Shown: one piece after another, positions 10,068 through 22,600 of the stretch
Layout of the letters: every line of letters begins with the position of its first letter
Numbering within the stretch: the first letter of the stretch is position 1
Source of the DNA: Kiritimatiellia bacterium
GTDB taxonomy: Bacteria > Verrucomicrobiota > Kiritimatiellia > RFP12 > UBA1067
DNA length: 64,000 nt
Direction of reading: 5' to 3'
Assembly (NCBI GenBank): GCA_016296065.1
Contig: JAEDKA010000011.1
Span: forward strand, 12,792 to 76,791
Notes under the pieces: model-generated
Database searches by the model: none
What the model saw: the letters and a program-made list of their open reading frames with translations, nothing else
Told to the model about the DNA's origin: nothing
Program-made: the position numbers and the translations under genes

Positions 10068-12551
10068 TTACCTTTGAGTCTTAAGAGCGAGCGAGAGCGG
10101 CGCGAATGCGGCGGAAGTCGCCTTTAGCGTCACTTCGCCGGGCTGCCCCTTCGATCGCAGGATGACGAGCAGCGAACCGTCGCGGAGCGGCTTTTCGTCG
10201 ACGTTGCGGAAAAGGAAGTCGGTGCGTTCGTCTCCGTCGTCGACGGCAAGTAGCGTCGCCGCGCCGGAAACCTCGAACTTGACGGAATCCGCCGCAGCGC
10301 GTACACGACGTTCCGCCTCGTCGACGGCCGTGACGTGTACGTAGAGAAGGTCCTGGCCATCGCCCTTCCAGTCTTCCGCGTTCTCCACCACAGCCTCGAG
10401 CCGCACCGCCTTGCCTGCCGTCTCGATGACGCGGCGCGCGACTTCCTTCCCGCCCGTGCGCGCGACGGCCTCGATCCTGCCGGGCTCGTACTTCACGTCC
10501 GTCCAGCGGAGCGCATGCGCCGTCTTGGGATCGGTCTCGTTGTTCTTCTTCACGCCGAGCGACTTTCCGTTCACGAACAGCTCCGCCTCCTCCGCGTTCG
10601 TGTAGACGTAGACGACGGGCAGCACGGACCCCTCCGGGAAAGTCCAGTCGCTCACCGCGTTCATGCGTCCGACCTTGATGTCGTTCCACACGACCGCCTC
10701 GTCGCCCTTCGCAGGCTCTACGACGGCGATTTCCGCCATCGGTTCGGACGCGAGGAACGACTTGATGAGGTACGCCGTCGGGAACGGATCAAGCGTCCTG
10801 TTGAAGAACGAATACGACCACCCCTTCTTCGGCCAGCCGTCCGACTCGCCCCAGTACTCGATCGCACCCCACCAGCAGAGTCCGATGGAATGCTCGCGGT
10901 CCATCGCGACATACGGACGCTGCAGCGCGTGGACGCTCGCCTCGGACTGGAAGATGTTGAGCTCCGGTGCGTGGCGCTTGTAGGACGGATAGTCCTCGTA
11001 GCAGTAGTTGAAGCTCGCAATCTCCGTGATGCGCGAAAGCTCCGGAGGCTTCGGATCCTCGTTGAAGCCCTTGTCCTTCATTGTCACAGAACCTTCGCGC
11101 GCAGGGAACATCGCGGCGGTTGTCGGACGCGTCGCATCCCAGCGCTTCACCATCGTGTCAAAAATGCGGTAGGACGTGACGGACCAGTCGTCGGTGTCGA
11201 ATCCGCAGATGTCCTCGCGCATCTGCGTCTCGTTGCCGATTGACCACACGATGACGGACGGATGGTTCCTGTCGCGCTTCACCCACTCCGTGATCAGCTG
11301 AGGCCATATCTCCATGAACGGCTTTCGCCCGTTCCAGTAATGCGTGCCGGTAGTCCACTTGTCTATCAGCTCGTCCACGACCAGCAAACCCATTTCGTCG
11401 GCGAGGCGGAGGAAGCTCTTGGAGTAGGGATTGTGCGAGCAGCGCACGGCGTTGAATCCGAAAGCCTTCATCGTGCGGAACAGACGTTCGATGCCGCGGT
11501 CGAAAACCGCCGCGCCGAGCGCACCGAGGTCCGCATGGTTCGCCATGCCCGCGAGAAAGACCTTGCGTCCGTTGAGCTTGAAGCCGAAGTCCTTGTCGAA
11601 CTCGATGGTGCGGATTCCGAACCGGTCCTTTACGCGGTCCACTACCGTTCCGTTCAGCTTCAGCGTAGCCGTCGCGGTGTAGAGATTCGGCGAGTCAATG
11701 TCCCATAGCTTCGGATCGGCGATCGCGGCACGCGGAAGCTCCACCTCCTGGTGCGCCTTCTTGCTCCACGGCGCAACGGCGCTTTCGCGCGCCACGCGCT
11801 TGCCGTCCGGATCGAACACCTCGAGGATGATCTCAAGCTTGTTCTTCCCTCCCTGCCCCATATAGCCGTCGAGCTGCACAAGCGCGTCCGCAAACGCCGC
11901 GCCGTCCTTTACGCCGGACTTGATGTAGAATCCATTGCGCGAGACGGAGACCTGGCTCTTCACGACGAGATGGACGTCGCGCACGATGCCGCCGCCTGTG
12001 TACCAGCGCGAGCCGCCCTTGTGTCCGCAGTCCGCGCGCACGGCCAGCACGTTGTCGCCTTCCCAATTGAGCTTCGAAGTGAGGTCCGCCCAGCAGCCGA
12101 GGTAGCCGTATTCGGTCGATGCGATCTTCTCTCCGTTGAGGAAGACGTCGCCAACGGCCATGATGCCCTCGAACTCCGCGAAGACGAGCTTCCCCTTCCA
12201 TATCGGATCGGCCTTGAAGTGGCGGCGGTACCACGCGACCTTAAGCGGCTTGTAGCCGTGTGCCGGACGCGCCCCCTTGTCCCAGGGAAGCTCGAACTGG
12301 AAGTCATGCGGAAGGTCGAGCCAGCGCCACTTCGCGTCATCGCAGTCCACGGAAGCCCACGAGGCGTCGTCGCCGAACCGGAACTGCCACGCGCGGTTCA
12401 TCAGCGTGTCGCTTCCCTGGAACTCCTCCAGCGCCAGGCTTTTCCCGTCTACGGTCTTAGAGGCATTTGGCCCTCCGTCAGCAAACGCGAAGACAGAGAC
12501 GGGAACCGCGGCAATCGCGGAGAGACACAGACGGCAAAGTTTGATTTTCAT
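10068..12551 (-). CDS. GH2 family glycoside hydrolase (beta-galactosidase/glucuronidase-like)
   Basis: Signal peptide MKIKLCRLCLSAIAAVPVSVFA. GH2 motifs NGEKIASTEYGYLGCWADLT, NAVRCSHNPYSKSFLRLADEMGLLVVDE and RNHPSVIVWSIGNETQ. Start at Met68 of the track ORF (cat at 12549-12551). Confidence 0.9.
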   Translation of the reverse strand: MKIKLCRLCLSAIAAVPVSVFAFADGGPNASKTVDGKSLALEEFQGSDTLMNRAWQFRFGDDASWASVDCDDAKWRWLDLPHDFQFELPWDKGARPAHGYKPLKVAWYRRHFKADPIWKGKLVFAEFEGIMAVGDVFLNGEKIASTEYGYLGCWADLTSKLNWEGDNVLAVRADCGHKGGSRWYTGGGIVRDVHLVVKSQVSVSRNGFYIKSGVKDGAAFADALVQLDGYMGQGGKNKLEIILEVFDPDGKRVARESAVAPWSKKAHQEVELPRAAIADPKLWDIDSPNLYTATATLKLNGTVVDRVKDRFGIRTIEFDKDFGFKLNGRKVFLAGMANHADLGALGAAVFDRGIERLFRTMKAFGFNAVRCSHNPYSKSFLRLADEMGLLVVDELIDKWTTGTHYWNGRKPFMEIWPQLITEWVKRDRNHPSVIVWSIGNETQMREDICGFDTDDWSVTSYRIFDTMVKRWDATRPTTAAMFPAREGSVTMKDKGFNEDPKPPELSRITEIASFNYCYEDYPSYKRHAPELNIFQSEASVHALQRPYVAMDREHSIGLCWWGAIEYWGESDGWPKKGWSYSFFNRTLDPFPTAYLIKSFLASEPMAEIAVVEPAKGDEAVVWNDIKVGRMNAVSDWTFPEGSVLPVVYVYTNAEEAELFVNGKSLGVKKNNETDPKTAHALRWTDVKYEPGRIEAVARTGGKEVARRVIETAGKAVRLEAVVENAEDWKGDGQDLLYVHVTAVDEAERRVRAAADSVKFEVSGAATLLAVDDGDERTDFLFRNVDEKPLRDGSLLVILRSKGQPGEVTLKATSAAFAPLSLALKTQR

Positions 12552-12601
12552 GCCATAATTATACCAAACCTCGCCCCCGCCGAAAATACCCAGTCGGGTA
12601 C
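12552..12601 (-). promoter_or_regulatory. Leaderless-type promoter with perfect palindrome TACCCAGTCGGGTA
   Basis: Minus strand reads GTACCCGACTGGGTAT-N22-TATAAT-TATGGC-ATG. Hexamer 12558-12563, palindrome 12587-12600. Confidence 0.6.
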
Positions 12602-12609
12602 TATGGAAT

Positions 12610-15600
12610 TTATATCCCAATTTTACCGGAAACGGGGTTCCACGTTTCGGTTCGGCCGCCGGGGAAAACGACTTCGAAAAGCGATTGCTCCGTAAAGCGG
12701 ATGCGCGTGCCGTCGGGAAGGATGCGCGCATCGGTCCGGCCGTCCGCCGCACGCCCCTGCTGCAGCATGAAGTTGCAGCGACGCAGATACGGGACGAGCT
12801 TCTTCATCTCGGCGGCATTTCTGCTGCGCCTGTCGAAGAACGTGCCGAACCAGGGCCTGACCGGCGGCTCGGTCTCATCGCCCGGCTGGGAGATGACCAC
12901 GTGCAGAATAGTCGCGTTGACGCCCTTCCTGAAGAACTTGTCGGCGTATGGCTTAAGCGACGCGAACGACCAGTCGTCCTTCGCGAATTTCGTCCAACTT
13001 CCGGCCGTGAAGCTCTCCGCGTAGATCTTGTTCTTTCCGCCAAGGCGCGCCGCGCCAAGCGCCGCCTTGATCTCCTTCGCGCGCTCGTTCTTCGGCTCTC
13101 CCGCCCAGAACTCCGCCGCCACCTCGTCCGCCGCCGCGCCGTATGTGGCGGGATCGCCGTCCCATCCGCCGCGAGAATGGGAATACGGCTCGCACCACGT
13201 GATGAGTCCGTTCTCGTGCGCGCAACGCGTCAGCTCGCCCATGTACTCCTCGGCAATGATGTCGGATAGCTTTCGCTGATCACCTTCCGGCTTCACGACG
13301 CGTCCGCGCTCCCAGCTGTCAACGACGACGGTAGTGAGCGTCGGACGCTCGGCAGGCGGTATGCGGCGGAGTATGTCGCCGACGAAGGCGTCGAAGTGAC
13401 GCCGCACAGCCGCGCGATTCGTCTTGTCCACCTCATAGCCCGTGGCGGCCGGAGAGCAAGGTCCGTTCTTGGGATACGTTCCGTCGGGCGCGATCTGCGC
13501 ATCCTCCTTCGCGACCCAGGGTCCGCCCGACTGCGACCAGCCGGGACAGTTGAAGACGCCCATCTCGATTCCAAGTTCCCCCGCCGTCCTGAACGCCGTC
13601 CTTAGGCAGCGCCACCATTTCTCGCTTCTGAACGTGCAGTCGCCGAACTGCTGCCCTTCCCACGGATTCTCGAACCGCGTGCGGTTGCGGATGTCCGTCG
13701 CGAGAAATGCGCGCGTAATGCCGTTCTCCTTCATCCACTTAAGGTCCTTCTTCACCCCTTCCTCATCGACGCGCTCGTTCACCCAGTAGTAGTAGCAGCC
13801 GATCTTCACGTCCGGCGGCGGATTCGCAAATCCCGCCCTAAGCGCCGCCTCGCATGGCGAAGCAACCTGATTCGCGGAGACTTTCGCCCCGCCGTCATCG
13901 TATGACTTGAAGAACGGACGGAACGGCTGTGCGGCACCCGGATGGCACTTTACTGGAACAAGCGTGAAGCCGCCGCGCAGTTTCTCTCCTGCAGCAAACA
14001 ACTTTACGTCGCGCGGCCATTCGTACTTGTTGAATTTGTCGGCAAGCGCGGCGTTGTGGCTGATGCGGATTCTCCCGCCGATGTCCTCAAACGCCACATC
14101 GCCCGTGCCGCCGTCAGGAATCAGCGCCACGCCTGTGCCATCGCCCCGCAAAGCGGCGAGCCAGCGGACATCGCGGCGGTTGCCGGGGAAATACAGGTCG
14201 TCCTTGGAGAGTTCCCACCATCCGAATATGCTCTGCGCGTTGCTTAGCGTGTATGCCTCGAACGGGCCCTGCCCGACCCAGCGGACAGTCGTGAACTCTT
14301 CAGGCAGCATGAACGAAAGACCAGCCTCTACAGTGTGCCATTCCTGCGTCGCGGAAACGGCGTATGAAACATGGAGAGAGCCAGCGTCACGCGGCTCTTC
14401 CCTCACATCCGCCGCGAATCCTGCGGGCTTTTCGAGAATCGAATATTTCTTCTTGTTTTTCTTCGGCAGATGCGCCGCCGATTTCGACATCATCTCGCGC
14501 CTATCCCAACGCGGCTCGAACACGAGCGTCGGCAGCGTTCCCTTCGGCGTTGTCTTTACGTCAACTTTGAGCGGCCAAGCTTCGGCGCAGACAATGCGAT
14601 TCCCGCTCTTCTCTTCGACGAAAACGTAAAGCGCCGCAACATCTTCGGCAATCTCCGGAAGATCTATCAAGAAGGATGAGCTGGCATGCGGCGGCACAGA
14701 ACAGGGAATCGCTCCCTTCGCAATCTCATGACCATCCGAAAAGTCGCTGCAATCCTGCACACATTGACTGGGGGAAGCGGCGTCCCGCCGCTTCGAGACA
14801 GAGGAATCTATATCTTTTGAACAAAGCGGCGAGACGCCGCTTCCCCCAGTTATCTGCCAGGTTATTTTCAGCTCTGAAAGGTCCGTGAAATCATAGCAGT
14901 TTTCAATCGTCAGCGTCTTCTTCCCGTCGAAGGCAATCCTGACCGGCGCGAAGACTGCGCGCGCAGCGTAGTAATCGATCTGCGGCGTGCGGTCCGCATA
15001 CACGATGCCGTCGCAACCGTCGATGCCGTGCGTATCCCAGACGGTCTCTTCATCTTTCCATGCGAGCCACTTGCGATCCTTCTCCTTCACCGCCGACGCC
15101 GGACGCGCAATGCCCTGGTCCTGGAACATCCAGATGCAGCCGCCCGCACATTCGGGACGCTTCCACATCTCCTCCCACGTCTCGGCGAGCGTGCCGAAGT
15201 CGAGTCCGAGGGCGTGCGCGAACTCGCCCGCGAAAAGCGGACGGTCGAGGCGAGGCGCAAGTTCGCGAATCTTCGCTGCGTCGACGTAGTGGAAGTTGTA
15301 GAGCATCGCGCTCTGCGGCGCGCCGTCGGCGAGCATCTTTTCGTAGACGCTCGAATATTGCGGATAGCACGTCGGGCGCGTCGGATCGAGCTTCGCCACC
15401 AGATCGCCGCATTTCATGCAGATGTCCGTGAGCGGATTCTCGTTGCCGACGGTCCAGGCGATTACGCTCGGATGCAGCTTGTCGCGTGCAACGGTGAGAC
15501 GCGCGCGCTCCTCCAAGACTTCGAGGTAATTCGCATCGCGAAGGTTCTTCGTGCCCATGCCGAACGGCACCTCGTCTATTGCATAGAGCCCCAGTTCGTC

Positions 15601-16596
15601 GCATATATCGAGGAACGCTTCGTTCGGCGGATAGTGCGCAAGACGGACGCAGTTGAAGTTTCCGTCCTTGATAAGCTGCGCATCACGTCGCAGCTCGTCG
15701 ACTGTGATGGCGCGCCCGTGGCACGGACAAAGATCGTGGTGGTTGACGCCGTGAAGCTTTATAGGACGTCCATTCATTTTCAGCACCGCACCGTCGCGCG
15801 AAATCTCGCGAAGTCCCACGCGCTTTTCCACGCGATCGCGTCCAACCTCCGCGACAAGCGTATATAGGTTCGGCGTCTCGCATGTCCAGAGCTTCGCATT
15901 TTCGACAACGCCCTTCAGCGGCGCATTGCCTTCAAGGGCGATCTTGCCGTCTGCATCGACGAGTCTCAGACGCACCGCATTTCCCCCGTCCGAGGCTGCC
16001 GCAGAAATCTCGACCGCCGCAGCGCCGCGCTCCGCGTCGACCCTGCAGACGAGCGAAAGGTCGGACACGTTCAGGTGCGGACGCGAAATGAGAGTGACGC
16101 TGCGGAAGATGCCGTGGAGAATCCAGTCGTCGTTGCAGTCGAAGCCCCAGCCTTTCGGATTCTTCAGCATCTCCACGACAAGGCCGTTCTCCGCATCGCG
16201 CCTGACGAGCGCGGTGATGTCCAGTTCGTTGCGGTTGAATGACGAGCGGAACGAGCCGGCGTCCTTTCCGTTCACCGTCACATGTGCGCCGAACATCACG
16301 CCGTCGAAACGCAGGATGACGAGATCGTCCGACGGCCAGCCGGACGGAATCGCGAACGTGCGCGAGTAACGTCCGGACTCCTTCGCATCCGCTTCGCCGT
16401 AGCGCAGCGTCCCGACGCCCTGCAATTCCCAGCACGACGGAACCGGCATGTCGCGCTCTTCTCCGCCCTCGAAACTAAACCGCCACTCGCCGTCAAGCGA
16501 AAGCTGCTCTTCGGAGAAGGTTGCAATCGGAAGCGCTGCTACAGATATCGCCAGCGCAACGGAGACGGACACCATTCTTTTCATTGGATTGTTCAT
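12610..16596 (-). CDS. Two-catalytic-module enzyme: N-terminal GH2 (with beta-gal small-chain-like domain) fused to a C-terminal GH106-like module
   Basis: GH2: HGVNHHDLCPCHGRAITVDELRRDAQLIKDGNFNCVRLAHYPPNEAFLDICDELGLYAIDE and KLHPSVIAWTVGNENP. C-terminal module: YYYWVNERVDEEGVKKDLKWMKENGITRAF...GIEMGVFNCPGWSQSGGPWV...VVDSWE...ILHVVISQP...FFDRRS. This follows the pattern of the GH106-like module in 16656-23147. Confidence 0.8.
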   Translation of the reverse strand: MNNPMKRMVSVSVALAISVAALPIATFSEEQLSLDGEWRFSFEGGEERDMPVPSCWELQGVGTLRYGEADAKESGRYSRTFAIPSGWPSDDLVILRFDGVMFGAHVTVNGKDAGSFRSSFNRNELDITALVRRDAENGLVVEMLKNPKGWGFDCNDDWILHGIFRSVTLISRPHLNVSDLSLVCRVDAERGAAAVEISAAASDGGNAVRLRLVDADGKIALEGNAPLKGVVENAKLWTCETPNLYTLVAEVGRDRVEKRVGLREISRDGAVLKMNGRPIKLHGVNHHDLCPCHGRAITVDELRRDAQLIKDGNFNCVRLAHYPPNEAFLDICDELGLYAIDEVPFGMGTKNLRDANYLEVLEERARLTVARDKLHPSVIAWTVGNENPLTDICMKCGDLVAKLDPTRPTCYPQYSSVYEKMLADGAPQSAMLYNFHYVDAAKIRELAPRLDRPLFAGEFAHALGLDFGTLAETWEEMWKRPECAGGCIWMFQDQGIARPASAVKEKDRKWLAWKDEETVWDTHGIDGCDGIVYADRTPQIDYYAARAVFAPVRIAFDGKKTLTIENCYDFTDLSELKITWQITGGSGVSPLCSKDIDSSVSKRRDAASPSQCVQDCSDFSDGHEIAKGAIPCSVPPHASSSFLIDLPEIAEDVAALYVFVEEKSGNRIVCAEAWPLKVDVKTTPKGTLPTLVFEPRWDRREMMSKSAAHLPKKNKKKYSILEKPAGFAADVREEPRDAGSLHVSYAVSATQEWHTVEAGLSFMLPEEFTTVRWVGQGPFEAYTLSNAQSIFGWWELSKDDLYFPGNRRDVRWLAALRGDGTGVALIPDGGTGDVAFEDIGGRIRISHNAALADKFNKYEWPRDVKLFAAGEKLRGGFTLVPVKCHPGAAQPFRPFFKSYDDGGAKVSANQVASPCEAALRAGFANPPPDVKIGCYYYWVNERVDEEGVKKDLKWMKENGITRAFLATDIRNRTRFENPWEGQQFGDCTFRSEKWWRCLRTAFRTAGELGIEMGVFNCPGWSQSGGPWVAKEDAQIAPDGTYPKNGPCSPAATGYEVDKTNRAAVRRHFDAFVGDILRRIPPAERPTLTTVVVDSWERGRVVKPEGDQRKLSDIIAEEYMGELTRCAHENGLITWCEPYSHSRGGWDGDPATYGAAADEVAAEFWAGEPKNERAKEIKAALGAARLGGKNKIYAESFTAGSWTKFAKDDWSFASLKPYADKFFRKGVNATILHVVISQPGDETEPPVRPWFGTFFDRRSRNAAEMKKLVPYLRRCNFMLQQGRAADGRTDARILPDGTRIRFTEQSLFEVVFPGGRTETWNPVSGKIGI

Positions 16597-16655
16597 TCTG
16601 CCTATACTCCTAAACGGATTTCTTTCCTGCCAGATATGATTTGAGCATCACCTGC

Positions 16656-19600
16656 TCACAGCGAGCCTTTCACAAAACGGCTTTCGCCGGGAGGGATGAC
16701 GACGGACGATTCTGTAGTCTGGCAGCGCGTCCAGGGATCGATAACGACAGCTGACTCTCCGCCGAGATCGACTTTGACCTCATGCTCGGTATCATTCGCG
16801 ATAAATGCAAGTTTCTCTCCGCTCGGGAGGAGGCGCGAGATGTGCGGCAGATTAAGCCGACGCGCGGGCGGCGTTCCTGCGAGTGTGCGTCCTTCGCTGT
16901 CAACGACATAGCCGTAGCGTATTCCCTCAGGAGTCGTCCAGGCTTCCGCCGTCTTCGTCATCCGCGCGGCGGCATCGCCCGTCGCAAAATCCCAGTCCAG
17001 TCCGCCGAGCGCCTTCGGCACTTTGGACGCGATGATCTTGACCGGAACATCGTCGCCCGCGTAAAAGAGCGCCTCGGGCGCAGGCTCGCCCTGGCGCAGC
17101 ATCCACGAGCAGAAGGCGATATAGTCCCAGAACGGACGCGACCCCTCCCACCACGGATTGCTTCTGTTCAGACCGTATTCACGCGGACCCGTCGGTGCCT
17201 TCACGCCGCAGTCCTTCTTCGGCAGATGCGGAACGGCGCAGGCCGTCATTGCATTCACGCCGAAGGCGAATGCAAGGTCGCAGCGACGACGCAGCTCGGG
17301 AATGGTCATCTTGTACGGAGCGTCCGTCATCGCCTCCGCGCTCGCGATCTTCTTTCCATAGAGATGCGCGGCACTCGACGTATCCTTCACGTCGTATGCG
17401 CCGAATTTCTGGTAGCCCCAGAACTCGCCTTCAGGTATTGAGATGTATTTCTTCGAAAACACGGAATCGGCAATCATGAACATTCCGCCTCCGGCCTGCC
17501 CCGTGAAGGAAAGGCCTTCTTCGCGGCAGAGCCGGTCGAAGGTTCCGTAATAGCGTTCCGCAATCAATTCGACGCACGTCCTGCGAAAGTCGGCAAGAAC
17601 ATCCTCCGCATTCGGCGCAACGCAATAGCCCGCCATCAGCGGCAGATACGGGCGGAAGTCGTACCCGCGCCGCCGCGCGAATTCCTTGAGCATGTCGTCC
17701 GTCCAGTTCTGCGCACCGGCCTCGTGACTGTCGAGTATGATGCCGGCGAGCGGAATCCCTTTCGATTTTAGCCTGTCTATGATGCGCTTCGTATACGACT
17801 TCCAGTGCAGTTCCGCCGCCGCGACGCTCATCTTGTCGCATTCAAGCCCCATAGCCTCGGGACGTCCGTGCTTTGTGCGTCCGCCCGTCGGCACAGCGAC
17901 AAAACGCAGCACCTTCCAGCGTCCCGCAGGCAGTTCGCACCTGAGCGTGCGGTCGGACTCGTCAAAGTTCTCCGTGATGTCGCGAACGTCTTTCATATCG
18001 ACGCAGACCGGCGTGTCGCCGCGCGAAACGAAATCGACGACCTCCGCCGTCTTCGCCTGCCAGCGCGGAATCTTCGGAAGTGAATTTGTGACGGCCTTGA
18101 ACGTCTTTTCACGATAGCCGTACATTCCGCCCGGATGCTGCATCGTGCTGGCGAGCCCCTTTTCGTGTCCGGCATACTCCATATCGACGAACATTCCACC
18201 AGCTACCGGTAGTGGAATCGCGAGCACGGCGACGGTCTTCTGCCAACCGCGGTCCTTCGCAACGGGAAGCGAGAGCGTCACCTTGCCGCCGTTCGTGTCG
18301 CGGTCGATTACGGCGAGCGTTTTCATGGCGTGCGCAGGATCGATCCACGGGCCGCCCGCGACATATCCATTGCCCACGGCAGTCTCGAACGTGAGGCCGA
18401 GCCGAGCCGCCTCGGACGCAGCAAACTCGATGCCGTCCCACCACTTGTCGCTCCACAGCCTGTCCGCGCGCGGGTTCTCGCCGTGGTACTGATCATAGTA
18501 CACGACACCGCCAAAACCAACACGCTTCATCGCCTCGGCGTCCGCCGTGATCCCCTCGTGCGTCGTCTCGGTCTGTCCAAAGAACCACCACGCCTTCGGC
18601 CGGCACTCGTCGGGGATATGGCCTGCGCGCTGCGCCTCAGACGCCGCGAACGAAGCGGCCTCGGCGAAAGTGGCGACGCGCACGTCATTCTGCTCTTTTA
18701 TCCATTGAAGATGTTTGCGCAGCTCATCCGGGTTCTCCCACGCGTCATAGCCACGCGCGATGCCGTGGATCATAAAGACCAGCCATTCTCCGTTCTTTTT
18801 GGCATTTTCGACCATCTCGTTCATGCGTTCGGCAGACATTTTGCCGCCGGCCGCCTTCTGATGCATCCGAAAGCAAGGAAGGCCCGCTTCCTTCGCGATT
18901 CCGCGGACTTCAACCCCATCTTCGCCGATTTTCGCATTGTACGGCGCGGCGAAGCTGCGGCATTCAACGCCGGCATTCTCCTTGATGGCGATTTGGTTTT
19001 TTCTTATATCATCAAGGATTGCCGTGCGATCCATTTTTGAATATTTCCCATGCGCCCATCCGTGACTGGCGATTTCCATGCCGCACTCCGCCATTTCACG
19101 GACCTGCGTCCATGTCATTGTCGGCGTGTGGGATTCCGCTTTTGACCGCATACCGTCCGGATTGCCGATCTTCGAGCCGATGATGAAGAATGTCGCCTTC
19201 AGCCCGGCTTCGCGAAACATCGGATAGGCAAGTTCATATTGGTCGAGAAGTCCGTCGTCGAACGTATATGTGACAATGCATTTCGGCGTGGACGCCTTTC
19301 GGGAAGGTACCGTTTTTATGAATTCCCCTTCGGAAAGTTCCATGACTTCGCAGCCCGGCAGGAGCAAGGAGGCAGTAGTGCCAGGCGGGACGACAACGCG
19401 ATATTTTACTGCGCCGTCGCTCTCGTATTTCCACTCGCTTTCGATTGCGCCGAAATCGGTTTTGTACTTTGCGCTGATGCGTCCCAGCCGCTCGTCCGGC
19501 TCCGGTGCGAGCGTGAAATGCCGCCAGCCGCCGTGCATGGCGTCAGGTTTGATGCCTGCCGCATGTTCGAAGAGCCAGCCGACCACCGCGCCATATGCAT

Positions 19601-22600
19601 AGTGGTTGAACGAGTTCATGCGCACGTCGCCGAAACCTCCTTCTTTCGTGTAACCATTCCAACGCTCCCAAATCGTCGTCGCACCTTGATCGACGGAATA
19701 GAGCCACGACGGGAACTCCCGCTGAAGAAGAAGCGTGTACGCAAGTCTGGATTCGCCGATCTCGGACAGCACCTCGCAAACAAGCGGCGTTCCGAGGAAT
19801 CCAGTCGCAAGCCTGTCGCCGTTGGCATGGATGGCGTCGACAAGGGCGCCGGCAATCTTCTCGCGGTCGCCAAGTCCGAGCTTCAATGCGAAGAGCGCCG
19901 GAGTCTGCATCCCGTCGAAGAGGTCGCAAAGCGTCTCGTCCTGCCTGAACCATGTCGAAAGTATCCGCTCCTTCGTCTTCCGCGCAAGGTCTGCATAGTC
20001 CATTCCTTGCTCAAGCGAAAGTGCCGCGGCGAGTTCGGACATCTTCAGCGCATCGCCGTAGAGGTGGCAGGCGTTCAAGAAGTTCTGGTAGGAAAGATGT
20101 TCTTCTGTGTAGCTGCCGTTCGACCAGCGCTTCGCCTGATCGACGGAAAGCTTTTCGAACGAAAGCCAGTCGCAGAGAAGCCAGTTGCCGCGCTTAGACA
20201 CATAGCCGTTTTTGGCAATGCGGGCCATGTAGCGCTCCATGATGTCCCAACCCTTGCGGACAAGTTCCGCATCGCCGAACTGCCGCCAAAGCGTCCACGG
20301 AACGATGACCGCCGCGTCGCTCCATCCCGCTATCGGGCCGCTGTCTCCGAACACTCCGACCGGCACGACGTACGGCACTACGCCGTCCGCATGCTGCGTG
20401 TCGCGGACGTCCTGCATCCACTTCGCAAAGAATCCGCGAACGTCCGCAAAATAGCAACCCGTCTTTGCGAACACCTGCGTATCGCCCGTCCAACCGAGAC
20501 GTTCCGTGCGCTGTGGGCAGTCGGTCGGGACGGAGAGATAATTGGAAAGCATCGACCAGTAGGCGTTCTTGACAAGGCGGTTTACGCGCTCGTCGCCCGT
20601 TTCGATCTCGCCGCGCTCCATTTCCTTGGAGATCGACGAGACTGGCACGGACGCTATGGCGCACAGCAGCGGCTTGTCGGCGGAGATCGCAGCGTAGCGG
20701 TAGCCGTAGAAAGTATGCAGCGGATGGTAGTGCTCCATCGCGCCGTCCGAACGCGCACCGCCCTTGCAGACATACTCGAACGTCGCGCTCGCGCCGCGCA
20801 TGTTTGCGAGATATACGCTGCCCTTCGGTCCGTCGCCGTGGTGGCCCGCCACGCCGTCGTTCAGCATTTCGCCAAGTCGCACAGTCACTTTCGTGCCCGG
20901 CTCGGCGGAAAACTGCATGTCGGGAACCGCCGCGCAGTTCTGTCCGAAATCAACTATGTTCGTTTCGCCCGGCTTGATCTTGAGGCAGAACGGCACAGGC
21001 TTGCCGTCCTCGAAACGGTGGCACAGGATCAAATCGCTGCGCATGACTACGGGCGGGCCGATGCGTGGAGAAACCTCCCCCTTGAATTCGTCGGAGACCT
21101 TCGCCGCCTCCCAATGTGCAGCGTCGGTGATGACGCTTTTCGTCGCATCATATGATTCCCCTTCCCATATTCCCGCCTTCACGACAGGCGTATCGGTGGT
21201 GACAATCCACGATTCGTCGGTGGGAATTTCCGTGGCGGTGCCATCGTCGTGCGTAAGCGTCAGCACGCCGCGAAACGCCGGCCACGTGCCGCCGAACTTT
21301 CCCGCAATGCCGTCGCACCACCAGCCGCTTGTGACAATGGCGGAAATGACGTTCGTCGCCCCTCTTGCGCAATTCCACTTGTCCGTGACATCGAGCGCGA
21401 TTTCATGGCGGCGCTTCTTGAAATGCGTATATCCCGGCATCAGGATTTCTGATTCGTCCGGCGACGACGATACCCGCTTCATGTTCACGATTGGCGTGAA
21501 GACGCCAAGCCCCGTCACGCGCCATACGGCATTCGTGACTTTTTCCCCGTTAACGACCTCGCGCCGCACATATGCAGGTCGCACACCGTTCGCCGCTCCA
21601 GCTCCAATAAACTCTGCATCCTGAGAAGCAGGTTTGAGTTCGATATAGTCTATTTCAGGAAGGACTGCGACGCTGTTCGAAAGACGGATTTCGTTGACTC
21701 CTGGATTCAGCCTCACACGGGAGACTTCGGCATGGACTCCATTGACGGAGATGGCGGGCTTTGCACCGTCGCCAAGAGCTGCTATCGACAGCTCGTACTC
21801 TCCGCCCTTCTCGCTCCACACGCGGCGGAAGACAATATCATTGCCGCCGCGTCCGCCAGCGCCTGAAACAACCACGCCGCCAGACGCTTCTTTAGACTCC
21901 CTGTAGTAGGCCGTCTTGGCCTCCGCGGCATTGCAGAGTTCCTGGTAGAGCGGCAAATAGGCGGTCTCTGCCTCGTAGCGCCGCTTCTCGCGCCTGCGGC
22001 GCCCCGAAACCCTGCGGACTGCCGCGCCATGCGGGGGCAGCGAAACGGATATCGCATCGCCTTCCGCATCCGCTGGATCAAGATCAAGTTCTTCCATCGT
22101 GACAGACAGATCCTTCTTTTCGTCGCTGAGGTTGAGGAATAGCACCGCGCGCGTCGTGCCAAACGCTTCGCCGATGTCTCGCGCGAGGACGTATGCTTCG
22201 CCATCGCGCCTGACGACAGTCCCCTGCGGCTCGGCGATATCCTGGTTGAGCGCAATCAGCTCCTTATCTGCAAGAAGTTCGAGAAGGCGCGCATCGGTCT
22301 TAACCTTCTCAAGATCACAGCCTATGAGAAGCGGGGACGACATGAAGCACCACGTTGCGAAGTGCGTGTGGTCTTCGACTTCCGTCATGCCGCGCCCGAC
22401 CTCCAGCATGTCCATGTCGTTGTAGTGTCCGCGGCTGGCATACGCGCCGAGATACAAGTTCTGCCTGATGATATCCTTGACAGAACTCCAGCGCGGACGT
22501 ATATCGTGGCTGATGCGCCAGCTGTCCGCAAGTTCCGCCGCCCATGTGCCGGGAAAATCCCATCGGCATATGTTCATGCGCACACCGGGCTTCGCGGCGT

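Noticed and set aside
16597-16655. Promoter of the GH2-GH106 gene matching the shared architecture.
   Set aside because: Only a poor TATAGG/AGTATA lies near the ATG, and there is no GGKAT box at N22. The gene may be co-transcribed with the upstream four-module enzyme. No promoter is called.
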